Counted from the stretch's first letter, positions 53,913-64,000 are shown. The stretch: DNA of 64,000 nucleotides from Synergistales bacterium 54_24 (GCA_001508935.1 LGFQ01000001.1:1392-65391); one strand, 5' to 3'. The notes: generated by a model from the letters alone, not told the origin. Program-made: numbers and translations.

Positions 53913-54908
53913 ATGGCCGTTCCCGACAGGAATATGGCTCTTGAGCTGGTAAGGGTAACCGAGGCTGCGGCGATGGCGGCAGGGCGTTGGATGGGCAGAG
54001 GCGATAAAAACGCTGCCGATGGAGCAGCAGTGGAAGCGATGCGTTTCATGCTCAATACCGTCCGCATGGACGGGGTTGTCGTCATAGGGGAGGGAGAAAA
54101 GGACGAAGCGCCCATGCTCTATAACGGCGAGCGATTGGGAAGCGAATCCGAGCCTCAAGTCGATATAGCCGTAGATCCGATCGATGGTACTCGATTGACA
54201 GCCATGGGGTTGCCAGGCGCGGTCAGCGTGGTGGCCGTAGCCGAGCGCGGTACGATGTACGATCCGCGCCACATATTTTACATGAATAAAATAGCCACAG
54301 GCCCTGAAGCGGCAAGTGAAATTGACATCGAAGCGCCGGTGCGCGAGAACCTCGCCAGAGTGGCAAAGGCCAAAAGGAAGTCTGTGGAAGATATTACTGT
54401 GGTGATACTCGACCGCCCACGCCATGAAGGCCTGATAAAAGAGGTAAGGAGCGCTGGTGCCAGGATAAGGCTGATTCAGGACGGAGACATTTCTGGCGCT
54501 CTCACTACCTGCATGCCGGAAAGCGGTATCGACCTTCTTCTCGGCATAGGCGGTTCTCCGGAGGCCGTCGTTTCCGCCTGTGCCATTAAGTGCGTGGGAG
54601 GGAATATGGTGTGTAAACTATGGCCCCGCAACGATGATGAAGCTTCGCGATGCCGCGAGCTCGGGATGGATCTCGACGCCGTATTGGGCCTTGATGACCT
54701 CGTGGATAGCAATAATGTTTTCTTTGCTGCTACAGGTGTGACCGACGGAGAACTGTTGCGCGGCGTTCGTTACGAAGGGGAGCACATACGAACTCATTCG
54801 CTCGTCATGCGCTCTTTGAGCGGCACGATCCGATATATAGAGGCTATACATCATCTCTCTAAACTTCAGACTATAAGCGACATATCTTACGGCCCGCGCT
54901 TCGCCTAA
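53913..54908 (+). CDS. glpX: class II fructose-1,6-bisphosphatase
   Basis: [46 protein letters not shown] and DPIDGT are GlpX motifs. An alternative GTG start is at 53904. Confidence 0.92.
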   Translation: MAVPDRNMALELVRVTEAAAMAAGRWMGRGDKNAADGAAVEAMRFMLNTVRMDGVVVIGEGEKDEAPMLYNGERLGSESEPQVDIAVDPIDGTRLTAMGLPGAVSVVAVAERGTMYDPRHIFYMNKIATGPEAASEIDIEAPVRENLARVAKAKRKSVEDITVVILDRPRHEGLIKEVRSAGARIRLIQDGDISGALTTCMPESGIDLLLGIGGSPEAVVSACAIKCVGGNMVCKLWPRNDDEASRCRELGMDLDAVLGLDDLVDSNNVFFAATGVTDGELLRGVRYEGEHIRTHSLVMRSLSGTIRYIEAIHHLSKLQTISDISYGPRFA

Positions 54909-54949
54909 AGCATCTCTAAGGCCACACCTAAAGGCGGAAGCGACCGTGC

Positions 54950-54978
54950 TTGCCAATGACAAACGGACCGATTATAAT
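54950..54978 (+). promoter_or_regulatory. promoter of tRNA-Gly
   Basis: TTGCCA (54950-55), exactly 17-nt spacer, TATAAT (54973-78). The tRNA starts 21 nt downstream. Confidence 0.65.
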
Positions 54979-54998
54979 ACAAACTACGATGTAAGTCT

Positions 54999-55074
54999 GC
55001 GGACATAGCTCAGCTGGTAGAGCATCGGCTTCCCAAGCCGAGGGTCGCGGGTTCGAATCCCGTTGTCCGCTCCA
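54999..55074 (+). tRNA. tRNA-Gly (anticodon CCC)
   Basis: 76-nt cloverleaf. Acceptor GCGGACA/TGTCCGC, D-arm GCTC-AGCTGGTA-GAGC, anticodon arm TCGGC-TTCCCAA-GCCGA, T-arm GCGGG-TTCGAAT-CCCGT, discriminator T, encoded CCA. Confidence 0.95.
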
Positions 55075-55084
55075 AAGAAAGAGC

Positions 55085-55111
55085 AGGAGGAGGGAAATCC
55101 TCCTCCTTTTT
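55085..55111 (+). terminator. intrinsic terminator after tRNA-Gly
   Basis: AGGAGGAGG(G)-aaa-(T)CCTCCTCCT stem followed by TTTTT. Confidence 0.8.
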
Positions 55112-55286
55112 ATGCAGAGGACGAGAAAGCCGATAATTATCACATCACTCGGTGATATTAAAGGGTGAGCGTAATCCGTTGTGGCACCTTCGTTTTCTCA
55201 AAAGTCCCATGCTTACAAGGGTTCAGCCACTTGGCGTGAGGAAACGGGAAAGGCCGTGTGATTATTTGTAGACTAAAATCTGAAAC

Positions 55287-55316
55287 TTGACTCAGCTTAC
55301 CAATAGATATTAATAT
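55287..55316 (+). promoter_or_regulatory. candidate promoter of the V-type ATPase operon
   Basis: TTGACT (55287-92), 18-nt spacer, TAATAT (55311-16), in an AT-rich 270-nt gap about 70 nt upstream of the first ATPase gene. Confidence 0.4.
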
Positions 55317-55383
55317 ATAGCTCGTCTGTGTCGTTAGTGTAAGCATAAAAGCTACATAGTTGCTTTTGTAGGAGGTAAATACA

Positions 55384-55716
55384 TTGCCTGATGATCTTAT
55401 GAGCAAGATAAAAGACACGGAGTCTGAGGCCAAGCGAGTTATAGAGGAAGCCAGGAAAGAGGCGCGCCGCATAATTTCCGAGGCCAGGGCAAAGGCTGAA
55501 AAGATGCTCGAGGAGGCCAATCAACGAGCGCGATCGGAGTATCGCGAGGCGATAAATCGTATTGAGAAAGAAGCTGAGATTGCCTCCCAGAAGATCGTCG
55601 AAAAAAGTGTCGCTGAGAGTCGCAAGTTTATCGACAAGCACCGCTCTATAGTTCCGGAGATAGCCGTTTGGTTGACCGAAGAGGTGATGGCGAAGTATGG
55701 CCATAGTAGAGCTTAA
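55384..55716 (+). CDS. V-type ATP synthase small peripheral-stalk subunit (H/G-like)
   Basis: 110 aa, almost entirely charged helix (EAKRVIEEARKEARRIISEARAKAEKMLEEA). It is the first gene of the operon. TTG start after GGAGG. Confidence 0.7.
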   Translation: MPDDLMSKIKDTESEAKRVIEEARKEARRIISEARAKAEKMLEEANQRARSEYREAINRIEKEAEIASQKIVEKSVAESRKFIDKHRSIVPEIAVWLTEEVMAKYGHSRA

Positions 55717-57697
55717 GCACGTTGACCTCTTGGTTCACTCGTCAGTTGAGAATGAGGTTGCAGCTGAAATTCAGCGGCTGGGCTTCTGTGAACCTATTTC
55801 GCTCATTGGAGAAGAGGATCGATCATCTCATGCATCTAAAGTACGGTTATATGATGAAAGGTTATCCGACGTCCGATTCATCTTACGGTTTTTAGAACCG
55901 TATTATCAAGGGAAAGAGGATAAAATAGCATGGCTTTTGGGCGAAAGACCCAAAAGGCGGTGGGAGGAGCTGGTTGGTTCGGAAAACCAGCTTGTCCTTC
56001 AGGATTTGAGCCAGCGATTGCGGTCAATAGAGCGCAGAATGACCGAGTTGCGTTCGGAGCTTTCAAATTTACAGGCGCAAAAAACCCTGTTGAAGCGGCT
56101 CAATGGCTTTCCTTATCCCCTTGCCATCATTTCAGGTACAGATACCTTGAGCGCCCAAATTGGCACAATTGGCGTCGAGGACATCCCGCCTCTTTTGGAT
56201 TTATTAAAAAGCAGACTTGATCCCCAAAAGTGCGAATGGTTCATTGCTCCGCCACAAGGCAAAGATAAGGATACGCTTGTGGTTATTCTCTATTTGAAGG
56301 AGCTTGAGCCATCTGTAGCGGAGATAAGCGAAAAATGCAAACTCTCAAGTGTTGAGTTGCCGCGGGAGCTTAAGGGTAAGGTAGAAAATGAAATAAGAGG
56401 TATCGACGAGAAAGAAGAAAAGCTTTTGAGTGAAAGGGAAGGTCTTGAGCTGGAGATTCAAAATGCGGCAGAACATTATATTCCAGCAGTTAGAGAGCTT
56501 CACGATTATTACACCACCCTTAAAGATCGATACCAGGCTCTAAGCGAGGGTAGGCATAGCGATCAGACATCTTTCTTGAGCTTCTGGGTTCCACTGCCCT
56601 GTATAGATCTTTTCAAGCAGAAGTTGGCACGGTGGAGCGACATGATGGAGATGGGGATCTACGATCCGCTGCCTGATGAGGAACCACCGATCATTCTAAC
56701 AAACCCTCGATTTATTCAACCATTTGAGCCGCTGACCACGCTATACGGTTTGCCAGCATATGGGGGGGTTGACCCTACACCTCATATGTCGCCCTACTTC
56801 TGTCTCTTCTTCGGTTTTTGTCTGGGCGATGGGGTCTACGGGATCGCTTTGGCTTTGCTTTCTACCTATGCACTTTTGCGATATGACGTTAAGGGTGGCC
56901 TAAAGCGTTTTTTAACGCTCTTCTTGCTGTGCGGCCTGTCTTCGGTAGTGATAGGAGCGCTCACCGGATCCTGGGCTGGAAACGCGATCGATGCGTTCAG
57001 TATTTTGAGACCCCTAAAGCCGCTCAAGGATGCTGTGATGATAGGTGACCCGACGAGTGACCCGCTCTCTTTCTTAGCAGTTGCCCTTGCTTTGGGTATT
57101 GTGCAGATCCTTTACGGCCTATCCTTGGCCTTCGTGGACGCTTGGAGAAAGGGTGATCACTTAGGAGCGGTGGGCGATAAGGGGAGTTGGATTGTTCTGA
57201 TAGTGGGGCTCCTCCTTTGGGGAGGAGAGGCGATGGGCTATCTGGGTGGCGCTTTGGGAATCGCAGGAAAGGTGTTGGCGATTGCTGGTGCGATCACGAT
57301 AGTGGCCACGCAAGGTAGAACGAGAAAGAACCCCCTTGTGAAAACATTGGTCGGGCTGATCAGCCTCTACAACATAACATCCTATTTGGGGGATACATTG
57401 AGTTACAGCCGTTTGCTCGCTTTGGGCATGGCCAGCGCAGTCGTCGGAATGATCATAAACACCCTTTCGGGTCTACTCTCTGGCATTCCTTTAGTTGGAC
57501 CCATCTTGGGCGTTTGTCTCTTCATTATGGGGCACATTTTTAGCTTGGCAGTAAACGCCTTAGGAGCTTTTGTACACTCCTTGCGTCTTCAATACGTGGA
57601 ATTTTTTAGCAAATTTTATTCGGCCAGCGGACGACCTTTTCGTCCACTGTGTTACGAAATGCGTTATATATCTTTAGTTGATGAGGAAATAAAGTAG
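55697..57697 (+). CDS. ntpI: V-type ATP synthase subunit I (a-subunit homologue)
   Basis: 666 aa. Soluble coiled N-terminal half and a multi-TM C-terminal half with the conserved LSYSRLLALGMAS Arg motif. Confidence 0.9.
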   Translation: MAIVELKHVDLLVHSSVENEVAAEIQRLGFCEPISLIGEEDRSSHASKVRLYDERLSDVRFILRFLEPYYQGKEDKIAWLLGERPKRRWEELVGSENQLVLQDLSQRLRSIERRMTELRSELSNLQAQKTLLKRLNGFPYPLAIISGTDTLSAQIGTIGVEDIPPLLDLLKSRLDPQKCEWFIAPPQGKDKDTLVVILYLKELEPSVAEISEKCKLSSVELPRELKGKVENEIRGIDEKEEKLLSEREGLELEIQNAAEHYIPAVRELHDYYTTLKDRYQALSEGRHSDQTSFLSFWVPLPCIDLFKQKLARWSDMMEMGIYDPLPDEEPPIILTNPRFIQPFEPLTTLYGLPAYGGVDPTPHMSPYFCLFFGFCLGDGVYGIALALLSTYALLRYDVKGGLKRFLTLFLLCGLSSVVIGALTGSWAGNAIDAFSILRPLKPLKDAVMIGDPTSDPLSFLAVALALGIVQILYGLSLAFVDAWRKGDHLGAVGDKGSWIVLIVGLLLWGGEAMGYLGGALGIAGKVLAIAGAITIVATQGRTRKNPLVKTLVGLISLYNITSYLGDTLSYSRLLALGMASAVVGMIINTLSGLLSGIPLVGPILGVCLFIMGHIFSLAVNALGAFVHSLRLQYVEFFSKFYSASGRPFRPLCYEMRYISLVDEEIK

Positions 57698-57708
57698 AAG
57701 AAGGGAGT

Positions 57709-58194
57709 GTGACGGTTTTAATGGAATTGGGTATGGTATTTACAATCTTGGGTGCTGCTTTGGCTACAGGTTTTGCTGGCATAGGATCGGCTATCGGGGT
57801 AGGCATTGCGGGTGAGTCTGGAGCTGGTGTGCTCACCGAAGATCCCGGCAAGTTTGGTTTGGTGCTCCTCCTTCAGGCGCTGCCAGGGACTCAGGGCATT
57901 TACGGTCTGCTCACGGCATTTTTTGCGATAATGAAGGTTGGGCTTTTGGGTGGAGCTCCTGCGAGCTTGACCGTATGGCAAGGATTGGGGATCATGTTAG
58001 CCTGCGTGCCCATAGCTATAGGTGGGTATTTTTCTGCCGTTGCTCAAGGGAAGACATCAGCTTCGTGCATTCAGCTGATCGCCAAGAGACCTGGAGAGAT
58101 AGGCAAAGCCATCATTTTGCCGGCCATGGTTGAGACGTACGCAGTATTGGCGCTCTTGATGAGCATAATTCTCTTGAATGGCATACAAATATAG
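57709..58194 (+). CDS. ntpK: V-type ATP synthase proteolipid subunit K (duplicated, 4 TM)
   Basis: 161 aa. It aligns with Enterococcus hirae NtpK as I recall it: LPGTQGIYG, AVAQGK, AMVETYA. Confidence 0.9.
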   Translation: MTVLMELGMVFTILGAALATGFAGIGSAIGVGIAGESGAGVLTEDPGKFGLVLLLQALPGTQGIYGLLTAFFAIMKVGLLGGAPASLTVWQGLGIMLACVPIAIGGYFSAVAQGKTSASCIQLIAKRPGEIGKAIILPAMVETYAVLALLMSIILLNGIQI

Positions 58195-58212
58195 CCTGTA
58201 GGGGAGACAATT

Positions 58213-58803
58213 ATGGCCTTACAGGATATTGTAACTAAGATAGAATCAGATGCCCGTCAACAGGCAAAGGAAATCATTGAGAAGGCTCAACAACAGGCAA
58301 AGACGATCCTCTCCGAGGCTGAAAAAGAGGCCCATGAAATAGAAGAGGAATGGCGCAAGAGATACCAGATAGAAAAGGATGAAATATTTAAACGGCGAGA
58401 AATTGTGGCCCATTTGGATGCCAGGAAGCTGCGCCTTGCAGCGCAGAGGGAATTGATCGAAGAGGCTTTCGCCGAAAGCATCAACAAGCTGCAGCAACTT
58501 GACAGCGAAGGATATACAAGCTGGATGAACGCCCTCCTCGAAGAAGCCATTCAAAGTGTTGAGGATAAGCGTGGCGAAGTATTATTATGCAAGAAAGAGA
58601 AGGTTCTCGATGAGGGATGGATCAAGCGCTTTAACGAAGAACATGGTACCGATCTTGCCATTGCAAAGGAAAGGCTCAGTGCGTCTGGTGGCTTTCTACT
58701 GAGAATTGAAAGGGTGGAAGTGAATTGCACTTTTGAGAAGTTGGTTGACTTCGTCCGCGATGATTTGGAACCCGAGGTAGTGCATCGCTTCCTTGCTAGA
58801 TAG
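58213..58803 (+). CDS. ntpE: V-type ATP synthase subunit E
   Basis: 196 aa. Long charged N-terminal helix plus a globular C-terminal domain, in the expected operon position. Confidence 0.8.
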   Translation: MALQDIVTKIESDARQQAKEIIEKAQQQAKTILSEAEKEAHEIEEEWRKRYQIEKDEIFKRREIVAHLDARKLRLAAQRELIEEAFAESINKLQQLDSEGYTSWMNALLEEAIQSVEDKRGEVLLCKKEKVLDEGWIKRFNEEHGTDLAIAKERLSASGGFLLRIERVEVNCTFEKLVDFVRDDLEPEVVHRFLAR

Positions 58804-58805
58804 GC

Positions 58806-59828
58806 GTGAGCGAGATGACGAGGAATGAGACGTTCGTTTACGCAATAGCCAGGCTTAAGGCGATGGAAAATCGCTTTCTCGATCGTAGTATATTTCAGCG
58901 CATGATCGAGAGCGAAGATGCTCAAACAACCCTTAAGGTCCTTGGCGAGACCAGCTACGCGAAGTGGTTTTCCTCTTCCGAGGCGGACATTTCGTTTGAT
59001 AAGGTATTGGACTTAGAGTTGCAAGGTTTTTATGACGAAGTGGAGAAATTTGTGCCCGATAGTTCTCTCATTTTGCTCTTTCGCTTACCTTACGATTATC
59101 ACAACGTCAAAGTAGTTTTAAAGAGCTTCATATCGCAACGACTGGGCGGAGAGAAGCGCTGGGATCTTTTGACCCCCCTTGGCTCCATCTCCACGGATGA
59201 TCTCATTTTGGCCATCGAAACCGAAGATTTTGGTCTTCTTCCTTATGGACTCAATGCCCTTTTGCCGCAATGCCTCTCCTTCTGGGAGCAGTCACGCGAT
59301 ATGCTGGAGATCGAGCGCATCTTGGATGCTCATCTTTTTAACAGCCTCGTCGCTCTGTCTAAAAAGTTGCCCTATGACGGCATTGACCATTATGTGAAAA
59401 ACAAGATAGATGCCGAAAATATCCGGGCGGCACTTAGGCTAAAGCGGGCGAATATCGATGCAAATAAGATATCTGGTTTTTTTCACGAAGGGGGCACTTA
59501 CACGGCAGATCTGTTAATACGCCTGATCGACGAACCTTTGGAGGGATGGCAAAGAATCCTATCGTTTGGCGACGCCGTGAGCGCTTTAGAGTCCTTACAG
59601 GAGGTTCATCGGGAAGCCGAGATGTTGGTGCAACTGGAAAGGGTCTTAGATGACTTTCTTACAAAAATTTTGGACAAGTGTCGCTATGATGCCTTCTCTC
59701 CGGAGCAGATATTGCGCCACATCCATCTCAAGGAGACGGAGATAAAGAATTTGAGGATCATTCTTGTGGGAAAAACGAGCGGTGTCAGCGGAAATGTTAT
59801 AAGGGGGTTGCTGCGATATGTCCCCTAA
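58806..59828 (+). CDS. ntpC: V-type ATP synthase subunit C (d-subunit homologue)
   Basis: 340 aa. FVYAIARLKAMENRFL at the N-terminus and an all-helical repeat architecture typical of subunit C/d. Confidence 0.85.
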   Translation: MSEMTRNETFVYAIARLKAMENRFLDRSIFQRMIESEDAQTTLKVLGETSYAKWFSSSEADISFDKVLDLELQGFYDEVEKFVPDSSLILLFRLPYDYHNVKVVLKSFISQRLGGEKRWDLLTPLGSISTDDLILAIETEDFGLLPYGLNALLPQCLSFWEQSRDMLEIERILDAHLFNSLVALSKKLPYDGIDHYVKNKIDAENIRAALRLKRANIDANKISGFFHEGGTYTADLLIRLIDEPLEGWQRILSFGDAVSALESLQEVHREAEMLVQLERVLDDFLTKILDKCRYDAFSPEQILRHIHLKETEIKNLRIILVGKTSGVSGNVIRGLLRYVP

Positions 59829-60150
59829 AGGGCTTTATATGGCTGCGCTGGGCGATTATGAGAGCGTGCTGCCACTTCAAGCTGTGGGTATACAGCCTTT
59901 CGTCGTCAAAGAAGACATATCCGAGGCGGAGGTCGGCAAATTGCTGCATCGCCTTATGGATGGCCAATGTGCGGTGGTCTTTGTAGTCGAATGGCTGTTC
60001 GAGCAATACGCTCATCTGATAGATGAATTTGTCAGCAATAGCGAGATCAGCGCTATCCCCATACCGAACGTCAAAGGTTCGCGAGGAATTGGCGCAGAGT
60101 TGCTTAGGCAGTGGGTGGAACAAGCAGTAGGCATGGACATATTCTCATGA
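59818..60150 (+). CDS. V-type ATP synthase subunit F
   Basis: 110 aa. YMAALGDYESVLPLQAVGIQPFVV fits the subunit F fold pattern. It overlaps subunit C by 11 nt. Confidence 0.8.
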   Translation: MSPKGLYMAALGDYESVLPLQAVGIQPFVVKEDISEAEVGKLLHRLMDGQCAVVFVVEWLFEQYAHLIDEFVSNSEISAIPIPNVKGSRGIGAELLRQWVEQAVGMDIFS

Positions 60151-60205
60151 AAAATAATCTTCTTTATCTTCTTATCCATGCTATGCCCTTTTGGAGGTGA
60201 CAATA

Positions 60206-61990
60206 TTGGCTAATATCGTAGGAGTCATATCGCGGATATCGGGCCCTCTCGTCGTGGCGAGCGGCATGTCAGGCACATCCATGTACGAGGTTGTCCGCGT
60301 AGGAGAGCTCGGCCTCGTCGGAGAGGTAATCGAACTGAAAGGAGATACGGCTTCGATCCAGGTTTATGAGGAAACGTCCGGATTAAAACCGGGAGAGCCC
60401 GTCGTAGCTACTGGAGCCCCTCTAAGCATCGAACTTGGACCAGGTTTGATTGAACAGATATACGACGGCATTCAGAGGCCTCTCAACATAATCGAAAGCG
60501 AGACCCAAAGCCCTTACATCCCTCGAGGCATCACTTTGCCTGCCCTTGATCGAGAGAAAAAATGGGATTTCGAGCCGCGCGTAAAAGCGGGCGAAGATGT
60601 GGAGCCTGGCGCTATCCTCGGCGTGATTCGAGAGACCGTTCTCGTCGAGCATCGCGTCATCCTCCCTCCCGGGATTAGCGGTAAAGTGAAGGATATAAAA
60701 TCCGGCACTTTTACCGTGGAAGACGTCATAACCGTAATCGAGGGCGACGACTGCGCTCATGAGGTAAGGATGTTACAGCGCTGGCCAGTGAGGCAACCGC
60801 GCCCCGTGGCGAGAAGGCTTCCGCCGGTTGTCCCGCTTCTCACCGGACAGCGCGTCATCGATACGTTTTTCCCTATAGCCAGAGGCGGAACAGCATGCGT
60901 GCCCGGTCCTTTCGGCTCTGGCAAGACTGTCATCCAGCATCAGCTCGCCAAGTGGGCAGATGCGGAAATAGTGGTCTACATAGGATGTGGCGAGCGTGGC
61001 AACGAAATGACCGACGTGCTCTTAGAGTTCCCAGAGCTCGAGGACCCGAGAACGGGAGAACCGCTCATGAAGAGGACAATACTCATAGCCAACACCTCGA
61101 ATATGCCTGTGGCTGCAAGGGAAGCCAGCGTATATACAGGTATAACGTTGGCCGAGTATTATCGCGATATGGGCTACTCAGTGGCTCTCATGGCCGATTC
61201 GACCTCCCGTTGGGCAGAGGCGCTCAGGGAGATCTCCGGCAGGCTCGAGGAGATGCCCGGAGAGGAAGGATACCCGGCGTACTTGGGGACGCGCTTGGCC
61301 TCCTTTTACGAAAGAGCCGGCAGGGCTATATGCTTGGGAAAGGACCAAAGGGAAGGATCTATAACGGTTATCGGGGCGGTCTCTCCTCCAGGAGGAGACC
61401 TTTCTGAGCCGGTGAGCCAAAATACGCTGCGCGTGACCAAGGCATTCTGGGGATTAGACGCCAATCTGGCCTACCAGCGGCACTTTCCGGCCATCAATTG
61501 GCTCGACAGTTATTCCCTCTACGTCGATCGCTTGGGAGAATATTGGGATGAGCGATATGACGGCGAGTGGAGTACGCTGCGCACGGAAGCCATGTCAATC
61601 TTGGAAGACGAGGATAGATTGAGAGAGATCGTCCGCTTGGTGGGCATAGATGCTCTCTCCAAGGAAGAGAGACTGCTCCTTGAGACCGCCAAGTCGCTCA
61701 GGGAAGATTTTCTCCATCAAAACGCCTTTCATGAGATCGATACTTACGCTTCCATGGACAAGCAATTCCGCATGTTGCGCAACATCCTCACCTTCCACCA
61801 CGTGGCCACGGAAGCGTTAAAGAGAGGAGCGCAGCTAAAAGACGTGACAGAGCTCGAGGTCAGAGACAAAATAACCAGGATGCGCTATATAGACGAGAAA
61901 GAGCTGGAAACGCTCGATGCTTTGGAAGAAGAGATTAAGGCACAAGTAGGCCAGCTTGTACCTGCGGAGGATGATATCTATGTTGCCTAA
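60206..61990 (+). CDS. ntpA: V-type ATP synthase catalytic subunit A
   Basis: TTG at 60206 lies 8 nt after GGAGG (the track start is 60191). [17 protein letters not shown]-loop GPFGSGKTV and the non-homologous-region insert are present. Confidence 0.95.
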   Translation: MANIVGVISRISGPLVVASGMSGTSMYEVVRVGELGLVGEVIELKGDTASIQVYEETSGLKPGEPVVATGAPLSIELGPGLIEQIYDGIQRPLNIIESETQSPYIPRGITLPALDREKKWDFEPRVKAGEDVEPGAILGVIRETVLVEHRVILPPGISGKVKDIKSGTFTVEDVITVIEGDDCAHEVRMLQRWPVRQPRPVARRLPPVVPLLTGQRVIDTFFPIARGGTACVPGPFGSGKTVIQHQLAKWADAEIVVYIGCGERGNEMTDVLLEFPELEDPRTGEPLMKRTILIANTSNMPVAAREASVYTGITLAEYYRDMGYSVALMADSTSRWAEALREISGRLEEMPGEEGYPAYLGTRLASFYERAGRAICLGKDQREGSITVIGAVSPPGGDLSEPVSQNTLRVTKAFWGLDANLAYQRHFPAINWLDSYSLYVDRLGEYWDERYDGEWSTLRTEAMSILEDEDRLREIVRLVGIDALSKEERLLLETAKSLREDFLHQNAFHEIDTYASMDKQFRMLRNILTFHHVATEALKRGAQLKDVTELEVRDKITRMRYIDEKELETLDALEEEIKAQVGQLVPAEDDIYVA

Positions 61991-63407
61991 GGAGTATCGA
62001 ACTATAAATAACCTCTCCGGTCCGCTTATGATGGTTGAAAAGGTCACAGACGTGAGATATGACGAATTGGTCGAGATAGAGCTATCGAGCGGAGAGAAGA
62101 GGAGGGGACGGGTTCTCGAGGTGACCTCCGATATGGCCTTAGTGCAGGTGTTCGAGGGCACAACGGGCATAGACGTGAAGACCACTAAAGCGACCTTCCT
62201 CGGGAAAGTCCTCACATTGCCGGTGAGCAGGGATATATTGGGTAGAGCTTTCAATGGAAGAGGAGACCCGATAGACGGAGGAGTTCCCATACTCCCCGAG
62301 AAGCGCCTCGACGTAAATGGTTACCCCATGAACCCATACTCCCGCGATTATCCGTCAGAATTCATCCAGACAGGGATTTCGACGATAGATGGCATGAATC
62401 CCTTGGTGCGAGGGCAAAAGCTGCCCGTATTTTCCGGCAGCGGAATGCCGCACAACAACATCGCTGCACAGATAGCCCGTCAATCTACGGTGCTGAGCGG
62501 ACAGGAGACGTTCGCCGTGGTCTTCGCCGCCATGGGAATCACTTTCGAGGAGGCCTCCTTCTTTATGGAGGACTTTAGGCGCACTGGAGCAATAGAGAGG
62601 ACAGTTATGTTCTTGAATCTTGCGGATGACCCGGCAATTGAGCGCATCATGACGCCGCGGCTTGCCCTCACCTGTGCAGAATATCTGGCCTTTGACCTCG
62701 ATATGCACGTTCTGGTAATCTTGACGGACATGACGAATTATTGCGAGGCTTTGAGAGAGATATCCGCCGCCCGCAAGGAAGTCCCTGGAAGAAGGGGGTA
62801 CCCAGGTTATCTATACACCGACTTGGCGACTATGTACGAAAGGGCTGGCAGGCTCAAGGGCAAAAGCGGCTCCATAACGCAGATCCCGATCCTCTCCATG
62901 CCTGAAGACGACAAGACTCACCCCATACCAGACCTCACCGGGTATATAACAGAGGGGCAGATAATTCTGAGCCGTAGCCTTCACAGAAAGGGGATATACC
63001 CCCCCGTTGACGTGTTGCCATCGCTTTCGCGCTTAAAGGATAAAGGCATAGGTGCCGGCAAAACTCGAGAAGATCATGCAGATCTCTTAAACCAGCTGTT
63101 CGCCGCTTATGCCAGGGGGAAGGAAGCGAAGGAGCTCGCCACGATCCTCGGAGAGGGAGCCTTGACAGAAGAAGACAAGGCCTTTGCGGCATTTTCTGAC
63201 GCCTTCGAGGACAAGTATGTGCGTCAAGGAGAATACGAAAACCGCAGCATAGAGGAGACGCTTGACTTGGGTTGGGAACTTTTGACCTTGATCCCGACGA
63301 GGGAGCTCAAGCGAGTACGGGATGCCTATATCGAAAAATATTTAAAACCGAAAATAAAACAGGACAACGAAGGAGAAGTCAAAGAGGCGGTCGCGCAGAA
63401 CGCTTAA
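61980..63407 (+). CDS. ntpB: V-type ATP synthase subunit B
   Basis: The ATG at 61980 follows GCGGAGG and overlaps the A-subunit stop. [40 protein letters not shown]. Confidence 0.95.
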   Translation: MLPKEYRTINNLSGPLMMVEKVTDVRYDELVEIELSSGEKRRGRVLEVTSDMALVQVFEGTTGIDVKTTKATFLGKVLTLPVSRDILGRAFNGRGDPIDGGVPILPEKRLDVNGYPMNPYSRDYPSEFIQTGISTIDGMNPLVRGQKLPVFSGSGMPHNNIAAQIARQSTVLSGQETFAVVFAAMGITFEEASFFMEDFRRTGAIERTVMFLNLADDPAIERIMTPRLALTCAEYLAFDLDMHVLVILTDMTNYCEALREISAARKEVPGRRGYPGYLYTDLATMYERAGRLKGKSGSITQIPILSMPEDDKTHPIPDLTGYITEGQIILSRSLHRKGIYPPVDVLPSLSRLKDKGIGAGKTREDHADLLNQLFAAYARGKEAKELATILGEGALTEEDKAFAAFSDAFEDKYVRQGEYENRSIEETLDLGWELLTLIPTRELKRVRDAYIEKYLKPKIKQDNEGEVKEAVAQNA

Positions 63408-63421
63408 GGGAGAGAGGCAGT

Positions 63422-64000
63422 ATGGTCAGTAAGATTAAAGTAAACCCCAATCGTATGGAGCTTTCACGACTGAAAAAGAGACTAGCCGTGGCGAAGCGCG
63501 GGCACAAACTCCTCAAGGACAAGCAAGATGCTCTCATCAAAGAGTTTCTTGCTAAGGCCAGAGCGACGCGCGAAAAAAGAGGCGAACTCGAGGGTGAGTT
63601 GGCGAGTTGCTATCAAAGCTTTTTAATGGCCCGGGCGCAAATGTTGCCTGTGATGCTTGAACAGGCTCTGCTCTTTGCTACCGGGCAGTGCGAGATACGA
63701 AGGTCTTTTCGCAATGTAATGAGCGTGTCAGTTCCTCGCTACGAAATTACACAAGAGGGTGGCAGGCTCAATTACGGCCTTGCCATGACTTCGGGCAGCT
63801 TAGACGTAGCGCTTGAACGGTTTACTGCTCTGTTGCCAAAGTTAGTCGATCTCGCTGCAGAAGAAAAGGCCCTTCGTTTTATGGCTAAGGAGATAGAGCG
63901 CACCAGAAGGCGCGTTAATGCCCTTGAGCACGTGTTGATACCGTCCTTTGAGGACGCGATTAAAGGGATAACGATGAAGCTCGACGAGATGGAGCGCTCT
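63422..64000 (+). CDS. ntpD: V-type ATP synthase subunit D (3' end outside the window)
   Basis: The frame is open from ATG 63422 to the window end (193 codons; absent from the track because no stop is reached). VNPNRMELSRLKKRLAVAKRGHKLLKDKQDALIKEF is the subunit D N-terminus. Confidence 0.9.
   Translation, partial: MVSKIKVNPNRMELSRLKKRLAVAKRGHKLLKDKQDALIKEFLAKARATREKRGELEGELASCYQSFLMARAQMLPVMLEQALLFATGQCEIRRSFRNVMSVSVPRYEITQEGGRLNYGLAMTSGSLDVALERFTALLPKLVDLAAEEKALRFMAKEIERTRRRVNALEHVLIPSFEDAIKGITMKLDEMERS

Noticed and set aside
54928-55143. 71-aa minus-strand ORF spanning the tRNA-Gly gene and its terminator, and the plus-strand ORF 21228- running through selC.
   Set aside because: Both are explained by the tRNA genes themselves, which have perfect cloverleaves. 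The ORFs have no RBS or homology.
55133-55161. Imperfect inverted repeat TATCAC-n8-GTGATA (with an ATCACATCAC direct repeat) just downstream of the tRNA-Gly terminator, as a possible operator.
   Set aside because: Only 6-bp arms in AT-rich DNA, more than 130 nt upstream of the putative ATPase promoter. This is easily a chance occurrence, and no regulator gene is nearby.
42800-60200. Lower GC in parts of the second half of the window (spot counts of single 60-nt lines gave about 42-48% in mlaD and ntpI versus about 62-63% in alaS and ntpA), plus a tRNA-Gly at 54999, as evidence that the V-ATPase operon is a horizontally acquired island.
   Set aside because: The drop is patchy: membrane and coiled-coil proteins are low, while catalytic subunits are as GC-rich as the rest. 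No integrase or repeat flanks the tRNA, and I cannot compute codon-usage statistics here. It is better tested by a sliding-window GC/codon analysis and by phylogeny of ntpA/ntpB.
1-64000. CRISPR arrays, tandem repeats, IS elements, toxin-antitoxin pairs and restriction or other defence genes.
   Set aside because: Reading through all gaps longer than 40 nt, I saw no spaced direct repeats, no transposase/integrase/phage-like ORFs and no small paired ORFs. The intergenic space is too small to hide an array.
1-64000. In-frame UGA (selenoprotein) genes in this window, prompted by the presence of selC.
   Set aside because: No pair of adjacent same-frame ORF fragments separated by a TGA was found, apart from prfB, which is a frameshift rather than Sec. 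All assignable proteins appear full length.

Overview
Gene-dense window with about 70 CDS and 2 tRNAs. All but three genes are on the + strand, intergenic gaps are very short, and many start/stop codons overlap. The content is almost entirely core housekeeping. In order: asp23-like/nusB/xseA; a SAM by-product salvage cluster (mtnA-ahcY-mtaD); alaS-ruvX-miaA-ispH-rpsA; def-fmt; two paralogous four-subunit 2-oxoacid:ferredoxin oxidoreductase operons; Nudix, Xer and punA; a ThiF-like E1 and a SigH-like sigma factor; tRNA-Sec (selC); a run of RNA-modification genes (trmB, trmO, rsmD, tmcAL, tsaE, tsaB, rlmD); coaD, ackA, acpS, nnr; a complete pyrR-pyrBCKDFE operon with a PyrR-type leader; birA; prfB with its programmed +1 frameshift; an S55-like secreted protein; mlaE-mlaF and an elongated mlaD; tmk-DUF327-holB-ricT-ftsY; purB; glpX; tRNA-Gly(CCC); and a V-type ATPase operon (H/G-I-K-E-C-F-A-B-D, with D running off the window). 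Firmicute-like synteny blocks combined with an Mla system, multiple OFORs and a V-ATPase suggest an anaerobic, amino-acid-fermenting atypical diderm such as Synergistota; this is inference only. I found no CRISPR array, transposase, phage module or recognisable defence system, and I cannot point to a clear-cut new system. The observations most worth a second look are: (1) the long MlaD with an OMP-like C-terminal beta-signal; (2) the half-S55 secreted protein next to it; (3) the deaminase-first SAM recycling cluster; (4) an uncharacterised P-loop NTPase abutting an OFOR operon; (5) ispH and rpsA lying in the same frame, separated by a single stop; (6) acpS lacking a canonical start next to a G5 run; (7) selC; (8) a Na+-type c-ring signature in the V-ATPase.
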